Positions 26,467 to 35,507 are shown, numbered from the stretch's first letter. The stretch: DNA of 44,311 bases from a virus (IMGVR_UViG_3300049009_000357:1-44311), one strand, 5' to 3'. A program made the numbers and translations. Notes: generated by a model from the sequence alone, not told the origin.

Positions 26467-29156
26467 ATCATCCTTTGCGCGCCAGCAATGGCTCGATTAA
26501 ATTCGCGGGCGGCAGATGCTCCGGCCCTTCTGCCGTCAGCGTCAGATTTCGGATTTACCACATTGATGTTCACGCTAACTTTCTGATTAGTCGTCGCGCC
26601 CATCATTGCAGCGGTGTCTTTACGGCTCGTAATGCTTACCGGCCCTCGTATCAGCTCCGGGCCTTTTTCGCCCGCGATGCCGACCTGCCCAGCGCCCAAA
26701 CTTCCGCCGCTGTCGAACAAGCCCATAAATTTTCCAGCCTCGGCAAGTCCGCCCATTAATCCACCAGCGCCAGAGCTTTTGCTTAAAAATGATCCGGCTC
26801 GATTAAATAGATCGGCAGCTACTGCCTCGGCAGCCATGCGTTTCAATGTAGCGCCAAAATTAGATTCTGTGCCGGAAAGAAAACTTGCAAATGCGTCTTG
26901 CATGTTTCTTGCGGCCTGCTGAGAAAACTCAGACCATGCGTCAAGACCTTTTTTTGCCGCCTCTTGCTGGTCATAGATTGCGACCGCCAATTCTAAAGCC
27001 GCCTCGCGCTGCTCGTTGGTTGCCGCAACATCAAGCTGCCTCATCGCAGTAAAAATAGCCTGCTCTTTCTCTGACATGCGCATCATAGACAGCTCTTCTG
27101 CCATCTGGTTGATAGCTCCTTGGTTCGCTCCTTTTGCCGCCATATACTCGGCAACCGCATCAGTTGCCATTTTTTGAAATTCAGCCTGCTCCTCTAGCGC
27201 CGCATTGTTGTCAAAAAGTGCAGCCGTAGATGCGATGATTTGCGCGACCTGCTCTGCATTTGCATTGGCTCCTGCGCGCTGCAATGCGTTAAATATTGCC
27301 TGCTCCCTCGATGTCATTGTAAGTTGCGCCTGCTCTGATGCGAGGCTATTGATCAATTCTTGCGCGGCGTCAGTAACGGGCTTTAAGGATTGCTCAAGGT
27401 CGTAATGACTCGCGGCCAGTTCGCGTATTGTGGCGATTGATTCAGGTCCGGCGCCCGCCGCCAATCCCTTCAGTTCAGCCTCAAATATAGCTTGCGCTCG
27501 GCTGGACATGCCGAGCATTTTGATTTGGTTTTCCATTGACAGGATTAGTTCGGCCACCTTCTCCGCAACCTCGCCAGCAGCGTCGCCAAGTCCGCTTGTT
27601 TCGGTCTTTACTGTTCTGGTGCCATCCTTGACACCCGCAAGTTGTCGCTCCAGTAATCCGAGGATATCGGTTTCGGCCTGCAACTGGACGTTCAGCGCAC
27701 GAATATTGCCAGCGCCAATGCCGGTTTCAGCGGCAAGGTTTTCGGCAATCAAGAGCATACTCTTGGTTTTAGTTATGCTTTTTTCCATCGCCGCAACTTG
27801 ATCGGTTAATGCCGACTCATCCATTGTGGAGAAGTTGTCAATAATGTCGGTAATAGAGGCGACAACCGCATCAGCTTGCTCTGCTGCTCGCTTGGCCGCA
27901 TTAACAAAGATGTATGCGCCTGCCGCCGCGACGAGGAAGCCAGCGCCAACAGTCCCGCCCACTATGGCCAGGGCGCCACTCAATATGCGCGTACTCGCTG
28001 AAGCGGCTGCGGTCGCTGCACCCATGCGCCCGAGCGCGGCAGTGTGTGCCGTAGCCGTGGCAGTAGCCGCAGCCTCTGCCGCCGCAAGCTCTGCAACAGC
28101 CGTGGCGCTCAAATAGAAGCCTGGTGTGCTGGCGGCCACAATGCGCGCCTGATTAGCGTAGGCGGCAGCATGCGCACTTGCAGCAGCAGCAGCTTCCAGT
28201 TCGATTACTGCTAAGGCTTGTTCTGTCGTTGCCAATGCTACGGCTGCGGCAACTTTCGTGTAACTTGCCTGCACTGCTGCAATCATGGACGCCGTGTAAC
28301 GAGTCGCCATAACAACAGCCACCAATTCCAATCCAGTTGCCAGCGTGTCTATGTTTTTGGCAAGACCGCTGATGGCGCCGGTAATTACCGAAACTGATCC
28401 TGAAGCAGTAGTTGATTCGCCAACAAACAACATAACCTCGTTTTTCAGCTCTTGCCATGCGCCAGAAATGGTTTCCATCTCGGCAGCTTGTACACGCAAA
28501 GACGCGAGCAATGCGGGATCAGTGAAAGCCTTCTGCAATACGTCAGCGGTGATCTTGCCTTCTGATGCCAGCTTTTTCAGTGCGCCGAATGGAACACCCA
28601 TGCTTGCGGCCAGTGAGCGCATGAGATTGGGCGCCGCTTCGGTGAGAGAGCGGAATTCGTCACCAGCCAATCGACCAGAACCAAAAGCCTGCGACAATTG
28701 CAGCATCGCGGCGCTGGATTCTTGAGCAGATGCGCCCATTGCTTTAAGTGATAGCGCGACAGTCTCGGCAACATCAACAATGTCTTTCTGCGACGCCCCG
28801 GTTTCTTTCAGGGAAAGGGATAGCCGCTGATACAGCGCCGTTATCGTTGAAATATCTGCCTGCGCCGTTGAAGCTATACGCCTGACTTCTTCCTGCGCAT
28901 TATTGAATTCAGTCTGGCTATCCGTTGAATTCTTAAGCTGGGCATTCATTTTTGTATAAGCATCAGTCATTAAAACAGCTTCACGCGCAAGCAGGCCCGC
29001 GCCAAGTCCGCCGAGCGCATTCTTCGCCAGTTGCACAGATTTCTCCACGTTGCCCATTGCCTTTCCGACAATGGAATTCGCTTTATTCATATCTGTCTGC
29101 AAACGAGCTATGTTTGCAAAAAGCTGAATTTCGAGAGCGCCTGCGAGCATTGGCAA
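26463..29156 (-). CDS. Tape measure protein
   Basis: 897 aa Ala-rich helical; AMLQLSQAFGSGRL.GDEF.S..E.AP motif; C-terminal GIAGEKGPELI. Confidence 0.92.
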   Translation of the reverse strand: MPMLAGALEIQLFANIARLQTDMNKANSIVGKAMGNVEKSVQLAKNALGGLGAGLLAREAVLMTDAYTKMNAQLKNSTDSQTEFNNAQEEVRRIASTAQADISTITALYQRLSLSLKETGASQKDIVDVAETVALSLKAMGASAQESSAAMLQLSQAFGSGRLAGDEFRSLTEAAPNLMRSLAASMGVPFGALKKLASEGKITADVLQKAFTDPALLASLRVQAAEMETISGAWQELKNEVMLFVGESTTASGSVSVITGAISGLAKNIDTLATGLELVAVVMATRYTASMIAAVQASYTKVAAAVALATTEQALAVIELEAAAAASAHAAAYANQARIVAASTPGFYLSATAVAELAAAEAAATATATAHTAALGRMGAATAAASASTRILSGALAIVGGTVGAGFLVAAAGAYIFVNAAKRAAEQADAVVASITDIIDNFSTMDESALTDQVAAMEKSITKTKSMLLIAENLAAETGIGAGNIRALNVQLQAETDILGLLERQLAGVKDGTRTVKTETSGLGDAAGEVAEKVAELILSMENQIKMLGMSSRAQAIFEAELKGLAAGAGPESIATIRELAASHYDLEQSLKPVTDAAQELINSLASEQAQLTMTSREQAIFNALQRAGANANAEQVAQIIASTAALFDNNAALEEQAEFQKMATDAVAEYMAAKGANQGAINQMAEELSMMRMSEKEQAIFTAMRQLDVAATNEQREAALELAVAIYDQQEAAKKGLDAWSEFSQQAARNMQDAFASFLSGTESNFGATLKRMAAEAVAADLFNRAGSFLSKSSGAGGLMGGLAEAGKFMGLFDSGGSLGAGQVGIAGEKGPELIRGPVSITSRKDTAAMMGATTNQKVSVNINVVNPKSDADGRRAGASAAREFNRAIAGAQRMI

Positions 29157-29159
29157 ATC

Positions 29160-29540
29160 CTAAAGTGAGGCTAGTTTTCGGTTATTGTTGCGTACTGCTA
29201 TTGCGTTCATTCTTCGCACTAAAATTGCAGCGCCATCCCAGGGAGGCGGGCAATCTGCCTTGGTTGATTCTTGTTGCTGGTTAATGTACCTAATCGAAAG
29301 ATCGTGAATCGTTTGCGCTTCCCACCCAGACAAGTGAACGCCCACGCATGTTTGCCAAGAGGCAATTTCTTGAAAAGTGGCGACAGCGCCTGGACTGATA
29401 GAAAATAAGTAATTAATCAGATGCGGCAAAAGGCATGGCGGCATCTCGATTTCGAGCTTAGCCGATTCGTATTGTTTGCGCCTGGTTACTAATGGAGCGT
29501 CTTTAATTTCTGGCGCAGTGTTGAGCCACGCCACTTGCAT
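29160..29540 (-). CDS. Tail assembly chaperone, T-like part (reached by -1 frameshift)
   Basis: Frame stays open upstream to the slippery site; EI..W....G..L..WE...I...S..Y pattern. Confidence 0.75.
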   Translation of the reverse strand: MQVAWLNTAPEIKDAPLVTRRKQYESAKLEIEMPPCLLPHLINYLFSISPGAVATFQEIASWQTCVGVHLSGWEAQTIHDLSIRYINQQQESTKADCPPPWDGAAILVRRMNAIAVRNNNRKLASL

Positions 29541-29548
29541 TACATAAA

Positions 29549-29582
29549 GGCTAAGCTCTTCGCTTAGCCCTTCGTAAAATTT
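29549..29582 (-). promoter_or_regulatory. Programmed -1 frameshift signal
   Basis: A-AAT-TTT heptamer (29582-29576), 6-nt spacer, hairpin GGCTAAGC-GAAGA-GCTTAGCC. Confidence 0.75.
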
Positions 29583-29956
29583 GCGAGGTCGCCCGAAGCG
29601 GCAAGGATTTGTTCTCTAGCGAGAGAATTTAAGGAGACAAGCCGAACGGCATTGTCAAAGGTGCATTCCTGCTTAAATCCGCGCCATGATGCTACTCGGA
29701 TTGCTACCAGTTCATTACTTGCAGAGATATCTTCTTCTATCGTGCGGACTTTGCTTTTCTTGCCAAGTCTTTCATTTGCCGCTTCTTGTATTCGCAAATT
29801 ATTTGAGTATTTATAGACAAAAGACTTTACGAGTGGCGCATCATCGCCATAAACAGAGATAAAACCGCCCGTGCCTTTGCCGAACTTGTCCAGCAATTCA
29901 AACTCGAATGGTGTTTCGCACTTTTCGCCAAGATCAAACGATTCAATATCTAACAT
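29564..29956 (-). CDS. Tail assembly chaperone (G-like)
   Basis: Between tail tube and tape measure; slippery site at 3' end. Confidence 0.8.
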   Translation of the reverse strand: MLDIESFDLGEKCETPFEFELLDKFGKGTGGFISVYGDDAPLVKSFVYKYSNNLRIQEAANERLGKKSKVRTIEEDISASNELVAIRVASWRGFKQECTFDNAVRLVSLNSLAREQILAASGDLANFTKG

Positions 29957-29964
29957 GTTGTATA

Positions 29965-30042
29965 TTCCTTTTCGCGGGATTTAAAAAAGAACCGGACTAA
30001 CTTGCTTCTTGTCCCGCGAAGGAAAGAAACAAGCCAGCCGGT
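29965..30042 (-). ncRNA. Structured leader of chaperone gene (long hairpin with apex complementary to RBS region)
   Basis: ACCGG...CCGGT hairpin 29991-30042 followed by TCTTTTTT; apical TTCGCGGGA complementary to TCCCGCGAA next to AAGGA. Confidence 0.55.
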
Positions 30043-30064
30043 AAAACGTGGCACAGAAAGCAGA

Positions 30065-30526
30065 TTAAACAGCAGCAACAATAACCGGAGCTTTGCAAAC
30101 GCCAAGGGTTGCAGTTCTTTTCATGGCGTTGCCTTCGGATGCTTGCGACAGCTTCCAGCCAGCCACCAGAACGTCCAGATAATGAATTTCGCCATCGGGA
30201 TAGGTGATTTTTACAGAGTAATGATTGGCGGAGGCTGCGGCAGCTTTGATAATGACTTGACCGGCATCAGCAGGAACGTCACCCACAACCATATCGCCAG
30301 TGCCGTATCGAGTGACGCCTTTGTAGTACTCTACCGAACCATTGATTGGTACAAATTCGTTAATGGCCTGTTCAGATCCGAATTCAGGGAAGGATTCGAC
30401 CTTGCCGATGGCTGTGTAAGTGATGGTGGTTGCAGCATAGCCGGCGGCATCATAAGTCGCTGGCAAGCCTGCGGAAATTGCATAAGTTGCGTCTGAATGA
30501 CTAGCTATAGCGGTGTGGGCGGTCAT
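30065..30526 (-). CDS. Major tail tube protein
   Basis: PATYDAAGY...IG.V...PEFG...KG...YG...DAGQ; position. Confidence 0.8.
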   Translation of the reverse strand: MTAHTAIASHSDATYAISAGLPATYDAAGYAATTITYTAIGKVESFPEFGSEQAINEFVPINGSVEYYKGVTRYGTGDMVVGDVPADAGQVIIKAAAASANHYSVKITYPDGEIHYLDVLVAGWKLSQASEGNAMKRTATLGVCKAPVIVAAV

Positions 30527-30604
30527 AAAGTTTTTCCTTTCGAGTGTTAAAGCCCGCTGGGGAATCCAGAGGGCGGGCTTCGCTTACGCGAAACTTGCAG
30601 ACAT

Positions 30605-30628
30605 AAAAAAGCCCCAGTGAAGGGGCTT
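30605..30628 (-). terminator. Intrinsic terminator
   Basis: GCCCC-TTCACT-GGGGC followed by T6. Confidence 0.65.
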
Positions 30629-30644
30629 GGTTCGTCGATTCTGT

Positions 30645-31046
30645 TTATTCGGTGTAGCGCACCATGAAGTCTCTGGAGCAGGAATATATCCCCGCTTCAT
30701 GGTCGTAAAATTCTGGGCCTTCTGACTGCGGCGCGATGGAATCCACAACAACAGTATTGATAGTCCCGCGCTGGCTTGGACACGCCGCGAGAACTAGCTT
30801 CATCAATGACTTTAGCCCTGGATAGGTGGTATGGAACGCCGTTACCTGCACACGTTCCATGTGCATACGATTGGCTTCATTAAGCCGAATCAGGTTTACA
30901 GGATTGCTGCTGATCTGAGATACAGAAATTGCAGGAATAGCGGTATTAAGGGGCAGTACGCCAGCCTTGATTCTTGTCGCCGGAGCCACAGCAGTCACTG
31001 CCGCCGCATTAATGAGCAGTGTGGTGATTACCTGGGTGCCACTCAT
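30645..31046 (-). CDS. Tail terminator/completion protein (DUF3168-like)
   Basis: RI.AG.LP....PAI...QIS...RVQV...SRDF.V; just before tail tube. Confidence 0.75.
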   Translation of the reverse strand: MSGTQVITTLLINAAAVTAVAPATRIKAGVLPLNTAIPAISVSQISSNPVNLIRLNEANRMHMERVQVTAFHTTYPGLKSLMKLVLAACPSQRGTINTVVVDSIAPQSEGPEFYDHEAGIYSCSRDFMVRYTE

Positions 31047-31597
31047 TTAATTTCGCCACGCCTTTTTGGTCTGGTGCCGGGTTGCTGGATTTTGGAATCG
31101 CGCCTTTCGACCTCAACGCCCTTCGCAGTTAGTTCGGCGATGAGCTGCGGCAAGCCCTGAATCAATCCACGGAATCCGGTGTGCCCGTGGATTTCTTCGT
31201 ACCTTTCAGGATCGCAGCCGAGCAAGATAATTTTGGCCGCGCCCATTCTTTCCACTATGCGAATTGCTGCCAGCAGGTTATTTCTGATTTCGATTACATG
31301 CCCTGGCGCAATGGTGACGGTTTCGTACAGCATGCCGGGATAACGAGCGTCATAGTCACACTCAACACCGCAGACCTTAATGCCTGTGAAATTATCCTTG
31401 TCATCCCAAAACGGATGGTGCGGATCGAGCGCCACAAACATGTCGGCCCAAGGCGCGAAGTTAACAGCGCGATTCACGGCAACGGTTTTATAGCCTCTTG
31501 CGGATTCGGCCAATTCCTTTGTCATATCGGGACCAGCGCCAAGGATAGCGACTGTCTCGCCTTCCCATTCGCGGGTTATTGTCCAAGGTGTTGTCAT
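31043..31597 (-). CDS. DUF115/Maf-like (sialyltransferase-like fold) protein
   Basis: VAILGAGP, VAVN...WAD....D, A..I...MGA.KIILLGCD motifs. Confidence 0.6.
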   Translation of the reverse strand: MTTPWTITREWEGETVAILGAGPDMTKELAESARGYKTVAVNRAVNFAPWADMFVALDPHHPFWDDKDNFTGIKVCGVECDYDARYPGMLYETVTIAPGHVIEIRNNLLAAIRIVERMGAAKIILLGCDPERYEEIHGHTGFRGLIQGLPQLIAELTAKGVEVERRDSKIQQPGTRPKRRGEIK

Positions 31598-32169
31598 TCT
31601 TCGTCGCCCAATTCAATATGCGCAGTATTAATGCCGTGCTTGCTGGATAGCCGAGATTTAATGTAATTCCCAACCGCAACCAATGCCTGTCGCGAAGTTT
31701 GGTCTAAAGCGGGACGCATAAAAGGATAGGGTTTTGCGCCGGGGTGAAATACTGTAGGCCCTACAAACTGCCCGCCGATCTGCAGCGAATTGCGATTTAC
31801 TGTGCTCATTGAGTTGTGAACAACCTTTCCGCGCTTGGCGCTCAGTCTCGCGTTGATGCCGCGCTCATCTTTCTGCACGCTTATCAAGTGGGGATTCGTG
31901 CCGAACTCTACCCACATTGCCTTGTAGCCTTCAAAGCCCTGCGCAGCCAAAACAGACTTAACAATTCCATTTCTCAGCGATGTTGAGACTTTAAGTGCTC
32001 TAGCTAAGTCACCATCTTTTGAGTTGATATTGATTCGCGCCTTGTCCTTAACCTTTCTCATGCCTGCGCGCAAAGCTCCGCGCATCACGTTCGCTTCCAT
32101 CTTTGGCGGCAAGGTATTAAGCAGCTTTTGCAGGTCTGCCAAGCCTTTAACGTGGATTGTGTCGGACAT
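31594..32169 (-). CDS. HK97 gp10-like neck protein
   Basis: VKGL..L...L..LP......RGALRAG, WVEFGT, HPGA.P.PFMRPALD; start at MSDTIHV. Confidence 0.85.
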   Translation of the reverse strand: MSDTIHVKGLADLQKLLNTLPPKMEANVMRGALRAGMRKVKDKARININSKDGDLARALKVSTSLRNGIVKSVLAAQGFEGYKAMWVEFGTNPHLISVQKDERGINARLSAKRGKVVHNSMSTVNRNSLQIGGQFVGPTVFHPGAKPYPFMRPALDQTSRQALVAVGNYIKSRLSSKHGINTAHIELGDEE

Positions 32170-32182
32170 ATATGCCGCCCAT

Positions 32183-32205
32183 AAAAAAGCCCGCACTTGG
32201 CGGGC
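32183..32205 (-). terminator. Intrinsic terminator after HNH cassette
   Basis: GCCCGC-CAAGT-GCGGGC followed by T6. Confidence 0.7.
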
Positions 32206-32223
32206 CAAACTAATGACTTATCG

Positions 32224-32784
32224 CTAAATCAGAAACCCTTTTTCTTGCATGTACTGGACAGGGTGTTTGCCGCCCTTGCTTCTATTGCAAAACTGTCTGA
32301 GCAACTGAGTGTTAGAGTCCTCGTTTGAACCGCCAAGGCTGAGCGGGATAACGTGGTCAATTTCGCAATTTTTCCCCAGAGGCTTGCTGCAACATGCGCA
32401 CTTGCCGTTCTGTAGCTTAAACAGTTTCGGCTTCAAATCGATGCTTAACTTCCCGCCAGCCGCCGCCTTGCGGGCTCGCCTAGTGTGAGACTTTATAATA
32501 TCGGAATTAGGGTTAGCCTTGCGGTAGGCGTCATTTCGCTTCTTCGCGAGATACTTGTTGTTGGCGTAGTAGTTTGTAGAAAATCGCCGTCGCGCTTGTG
32601 GGTTATCAGCGTTCCATCTGCGAGATTGAGCGTTCATTCTTTCTCGATTATTTTTTGCATAATCCGAGAAATTTTTTAAATGCTTTTCGCGATTCGCTAC
32701 GTGGTAAGCTTTTTTGCAGTCCTTGCAACCGCCATTTGTATAAAATTCAATTGATCCGCACTTCTTGCATATCTTCATGGGCAA
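32224..32784 (-). CDS. Free-standing HNH endonuclease
   Basis: N-terminal CxxC pairs, RRARK, Q.GKCACC...IDHVIPLS.GGSN...N.Q.L...CN.SK; AT-richer than neighbours; ATG alternative at 32778. Confidence 0.85.
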   Translation of the reverse strand: MPMKICKKCGSIEFYTNGGCKDCKKAYHVANREKHLKNFSDYAKNNRERMNAQSRRWNADNPQARRRFSTNYYANNKYLAKKRNDAYRKANPNSDIIKSHTRRARKAAAGGKLSIDLKPKLFKLQNGKCACCSKPLGKNCEIDHVIPLSLGGSNEDSNTQLLRQFCNRSKGGKHPVQYMQEKGFLI

Positions 32785-32787
32785 CCC

Positions 32788-32880
32788 TTCATTAGGAGGT
32801 CATCATTACTATTAGTGCGCGACAGGTGGGTAATGACTCCACTTTTTGGCCGCTAAGCCTAGTCGCGCACGCTCATTCTA
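32788..32880 (-). ncRNA. Three-way-junction leader RNA (c4-like topology) with upstream -10 box
   Basis: 9-bp stem GTGCGCGAC/GTCGCGCAC (32870-32862, 32823-32815) enclosing two hairpins; TAGAAT at 32880-32875. Confidence 0.55.
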
Positions 32881-32885
32881 CCGCA

Positions 32886-33239
32886 TTAAGGCGTTATTTC
32901 TTCACACATGAATTCGATAAAATTCATATTGCCGCCGATCTCGGATGGACCGATAACAATCTGCAAATATCGAACTGATGGGTAGGTGATTTTTATCCTG
33001 TGCGCGCTGGTTATATCGTCACGCCAGCGAGTGCGAATGCGTGTGCGGTTAATGGCGATTTCAAGCCCTTGGTTTACGATTGATTCGGCGCCGGAACTGG
33101 GCATTACGTCCTGGATATTGGCGAACTGCTGATCGGCATCAACAGCGGTCCACGTCACCACATCGGTGTTGTACTCGGATTCCTGAGTAACAGCGCGATA
33201 CTGAAATTCAATCTCTCGATTCAGCGGGCCGATATTCAT
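32886..33239 (-). CDS. Head closure protein (SPP1 gp16-like)
   Basis: MNIG.LN..I.F...W...IR.RWR.DIT...RI; TAATG coupling. Confidence 0.8.
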   Translation of the reverse strand: MNIGPLNREIEFQYRAVTQESEYNTDVVTWTAVDADQQFANIQDVMPSSGAESIVNQGLEIAINRTRIRTRWRDDITSAHRIKITYPSVRYLQIVIGPSEIGGNMNFIEFMCEEITP

Positions 33240-33802
33240 TAGACCCAACTCAGTTTATAGCCATCGAGGAGGCTGTTTATAAAGTCCATCGAGGGGCTTT
33301 TGTCTACTTGATCAGACTGCGCCTGAATTGCCGCTGATACCTGGGCGCGAATCCACATTCTTATTTCTGCCGGGACATCACTGGCGCCGCCATATCCAGC
33401 AACGAATCGAATAATGACAGAGTTTGCCGCGTCCAGAGTGGCGGGCCACACATCACCATAAGCGGGCAGCAGCCAGCCAGGTAGCGTATCAGCATCGAGC
33501 GAATAATCTGCTGCATCTATCGTCTGCAAAACGCCGTCGCCGTCGTAATACTTGACGTAAGTAATCGAGCCGATGGGCATCTTGCCGATTTGAATTTCAG
33601 ACTCTGGAAATGCGTCTAAAACAAGCTCCCAAGTCTGCGTTATTAATGCACGGCCCGTAATATCTTCCGCCCGTTTGCGCGCAGCAGTGATTAGCGTGGT
33701 AATGGTCGCATCAAACGTCGCGCCATTAATGCGCGCATCGAGTTTTACCTCTGCGGCAGTTGCCGGTTCGGTCGCTGGCGCTGTTATTAAACGGAGTGTC
33801 AT
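33239..33802 (-). CDS. Head-tail connector (gp6-like, long form)
   Basis: TAPA.EP....E.K..., LI.AAR...E..TGRALITQTW...LD.FP, F.AGYG...VP. Confidence 0.85.
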   Translation of the reverse strand: MTLRLITAPATEPATAAEVKLDARINGATFDATITTLITAARKRAEDITGRALITQTWELVLDAFPESEIQIGKMPIGSITYVKYYDGDGVLQTIDAADYSLDADTLPGWLLPAYGDVWPATLDAANSVIIRFVAGYGGASDVPAEIRMWIRAQVSAAIQAQSDQVDKSPSMDFINSLLDGYKLSWV

Positions 33803-33816
33803 TAAATTTCGTCCAT

Positions 33817-33840
33817 AAAAAAACCCGCACTAGGCGGGTT
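33817..33840 (-). terminator. Intrinsic terminator
   Basis: CCCGC-CTAGT-GCGGG followed by T7. Confidence 0.65.
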
Positions 33841-33874
33841 CTGGAAATTGGTTCGACGGTTAGATTGCTGCTTG

Positions 33875-34078
33875 TTATTTGTCGGCCTTGGTTCTGCGTT
33901 GCTTGCCTTCGGTGATTACTGCCTTGTTATCTATATCTACAGTTACAGGCTCGATCCATGACGCATGGACGCAGCCCGCGAGGTAGTCAGATAATTCGGC
34001 CTCGGTGCCTGCCTCAAAATCTTCTGATGTCGTACCATCCTGTGATCCTGGGAAACTTTTAAGTATTTTGTATCGCAT
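33875..34078 (-). CDS. Small head-region hypothetical protein
   Basis: 67 aa with basic tail, TAATG-coupled. Confidence 0.55.
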   Translation of the reverse strand: MRYKILKSFPGSQDGTTSEDFEAGTEAELSDYLAGCVHASWIEPVTVDIDNKAVITEGKQRRTKADK

Positions 34079-35424
34079 TATTTCGTCCCTAAATGCTGCT
34101 TGGCGATTGGCGCGGAATGATCGTAATTCGCTTCGATCTCTGCGGCTGTCGGCAAGGTTTCACGCGGAACGCAATCAAGTTTTAACTGCCCGTCGTCATG
34201 AATATTGAATTTAATGTCCAGCGTGTCGTATCCATAAAGCCTTGACGCCTGCGGATAGCATGAGTCCATCAGCGTTGTGGATTTCGGCAGATGAATCTTG
34301 ATTCCTCGCGCATGAGCCTGGCCTAGCCAGAACTCCACACAAGCCCGCCCTTTCTCGGCGTCGTGGACGTTGGGATAGGTGTAGTCCATACCGAACAAAC
34401 TAATCTCTGCCGCCCCTGTGTGGATTGCAAAGGCCACCGCATAGGCTGCGGTGTTATTAAAGTAATCGTGGCCCAAGTGGTTCAGCACATCTTCTAGCGG
34501 AAACTCTACAAGTGCCGGAAAATCAGGATGCGCTCGACTGGTGACTACGGGAACAGGGCTTGTTCTGATCCATTCGACCATCGCGGCGATATTTGATGCT
34601 GGCGCGGCTTCCGCCCTGATCTGCTGTATTCGTATATCGTCCATGTGAAAAACAAGGTCACATGCGAACACGTTGCCCAGAGCATTGATTGCCCATGTCT
34701 CATCACAGAACTTGCTTCTGCCGCCCTGACGTTTTGTGATGTTTAAATATTCATCAACGCTCGGCCCAAGACCCAGGATGGCAATGTGCTTGCCGGCTGG
34801 CTCTATTTCTTTCACTTCTGCGTGACTGCAAACTGCAATTAGCGTTCTGCCGTTTATGTCTTGCTCTACTTCAGACTCCGGGCCTTCTTGCCCGTGCCAT
34901 TCATCAACATGCCAGCCGCATTCATTCAGTAATTGCGCGAATTCATGCTTTGTATAATGCCGGAAATGGAAAGCCGTAGTTGACCCGTCTTCCCTGCACC
35001 AGGGCATGACAGACTCATTCGGAACGCTGGCAAATAGTACGTTGGCCGACTCGCGTAATGCTTTAAGTAAAGGTCGCGGGTCTTCAATATGCTCGATAGT
35101 TTCAAAACTCACTGCAACATCAGAACTGGGCAGCTCGCCAGGAACATTGCCATTGGCGACTTCAAAAGCTGCGTAATTGTCTGGCGTAAACTGCGCAAAA
35201 TTGTCTCTTGCGTATTCAATGGTTTCTGCGTCTATGTCAAAGCCGTGCGCAAAATGCCCGGCATCTGCAAGAATCTTACAGCCGTAGCCAATGCCGCAAG
35301 CAAAGTCTATAACTCTGCTCTTTGGCTTGATTTGCTTCGCCACCCACTCATAACGCGCAACATGGTCGCGCCGTATTTCTTCAATATTATTTGTTACTTG
35401 ACGCTCGCCAGAATTCAAAGACAT
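34078..35424 (-). CDS. Class I SAM methyltransferase fused to DUF115/Maf-like domain
   Basis: H.ARY...VIDFACGIGYG...GFDID...VSFETIEH...SVPN; C-half IAILGLGPS, WAIN, D..FHMD, NTAAYAVA.AI..G..EI.LFGMDY. Confidence 0.7.
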   Translation of the reverse strand: MSLNSGERQVTNNIEEIRRDHVARYEWVAKQIKPKSRVIDFACGIGYGCKILADAGHFAHGFDIDAETIEYARDNFAQFTPDNYAAFEVANGNVPGELPSSDVAVSFETIEHIEDPRPLLKALRESANVLFASVPNESVMPWCREDGSTTAFHFRHYTKHEFAQLLNECGWHVDEWHGQEGPESEVEQDINGRTLIAVCSHAEVKEIEPAGKHIAILGLGPSVDEYLNITKRQGGRSKFCDETWAINALGNVFACDLVFHMDDIRIQQIRAEAAPASNIAAMVEWIRTSPVPVVTSRAHPDFPALVEFPLEDVLNHLGHDYFNNTAAYAVAFAIHTGAAEISLFGMDYTYPNVHDAEKGRACVEFWLGQAHARGIKIHLPKSTTLMDSCYPQASRLYGYDTLDIKFNIHDDGQLKLDCVPRETLPTAAEIEANYDHSAPIAKQHLGTK

Positions 35425-35434
35425 ATTCGATCTC

Positions 35435-35499
35435 TCTCACCAGAGTTATTTGGGTGCGGGTTACGGTTCCCGCGCTTGCGTGGTGAGACGCAAGCCGTA
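35435..35499 (-). ncRNA. Structured leader of methyltransferase gene
   Basis: GCTTGCGT-CTCACC-ACGCAAGC hairpin; apical TCTCACCA complementary to TGGTGAGA 11-18 nt before ATG. Confidence 0.5.
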
Positions 35500-35507
35500 T
35501 TCGCTTA

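Noticed and set aside
30550-30592. Hairpins upstream of the tail tube gene as a fourth loop-to-RBS switch
   Set aside because: Stable stem present but no convincing complementarity to the RBS; more likely a processing or stability hairpin
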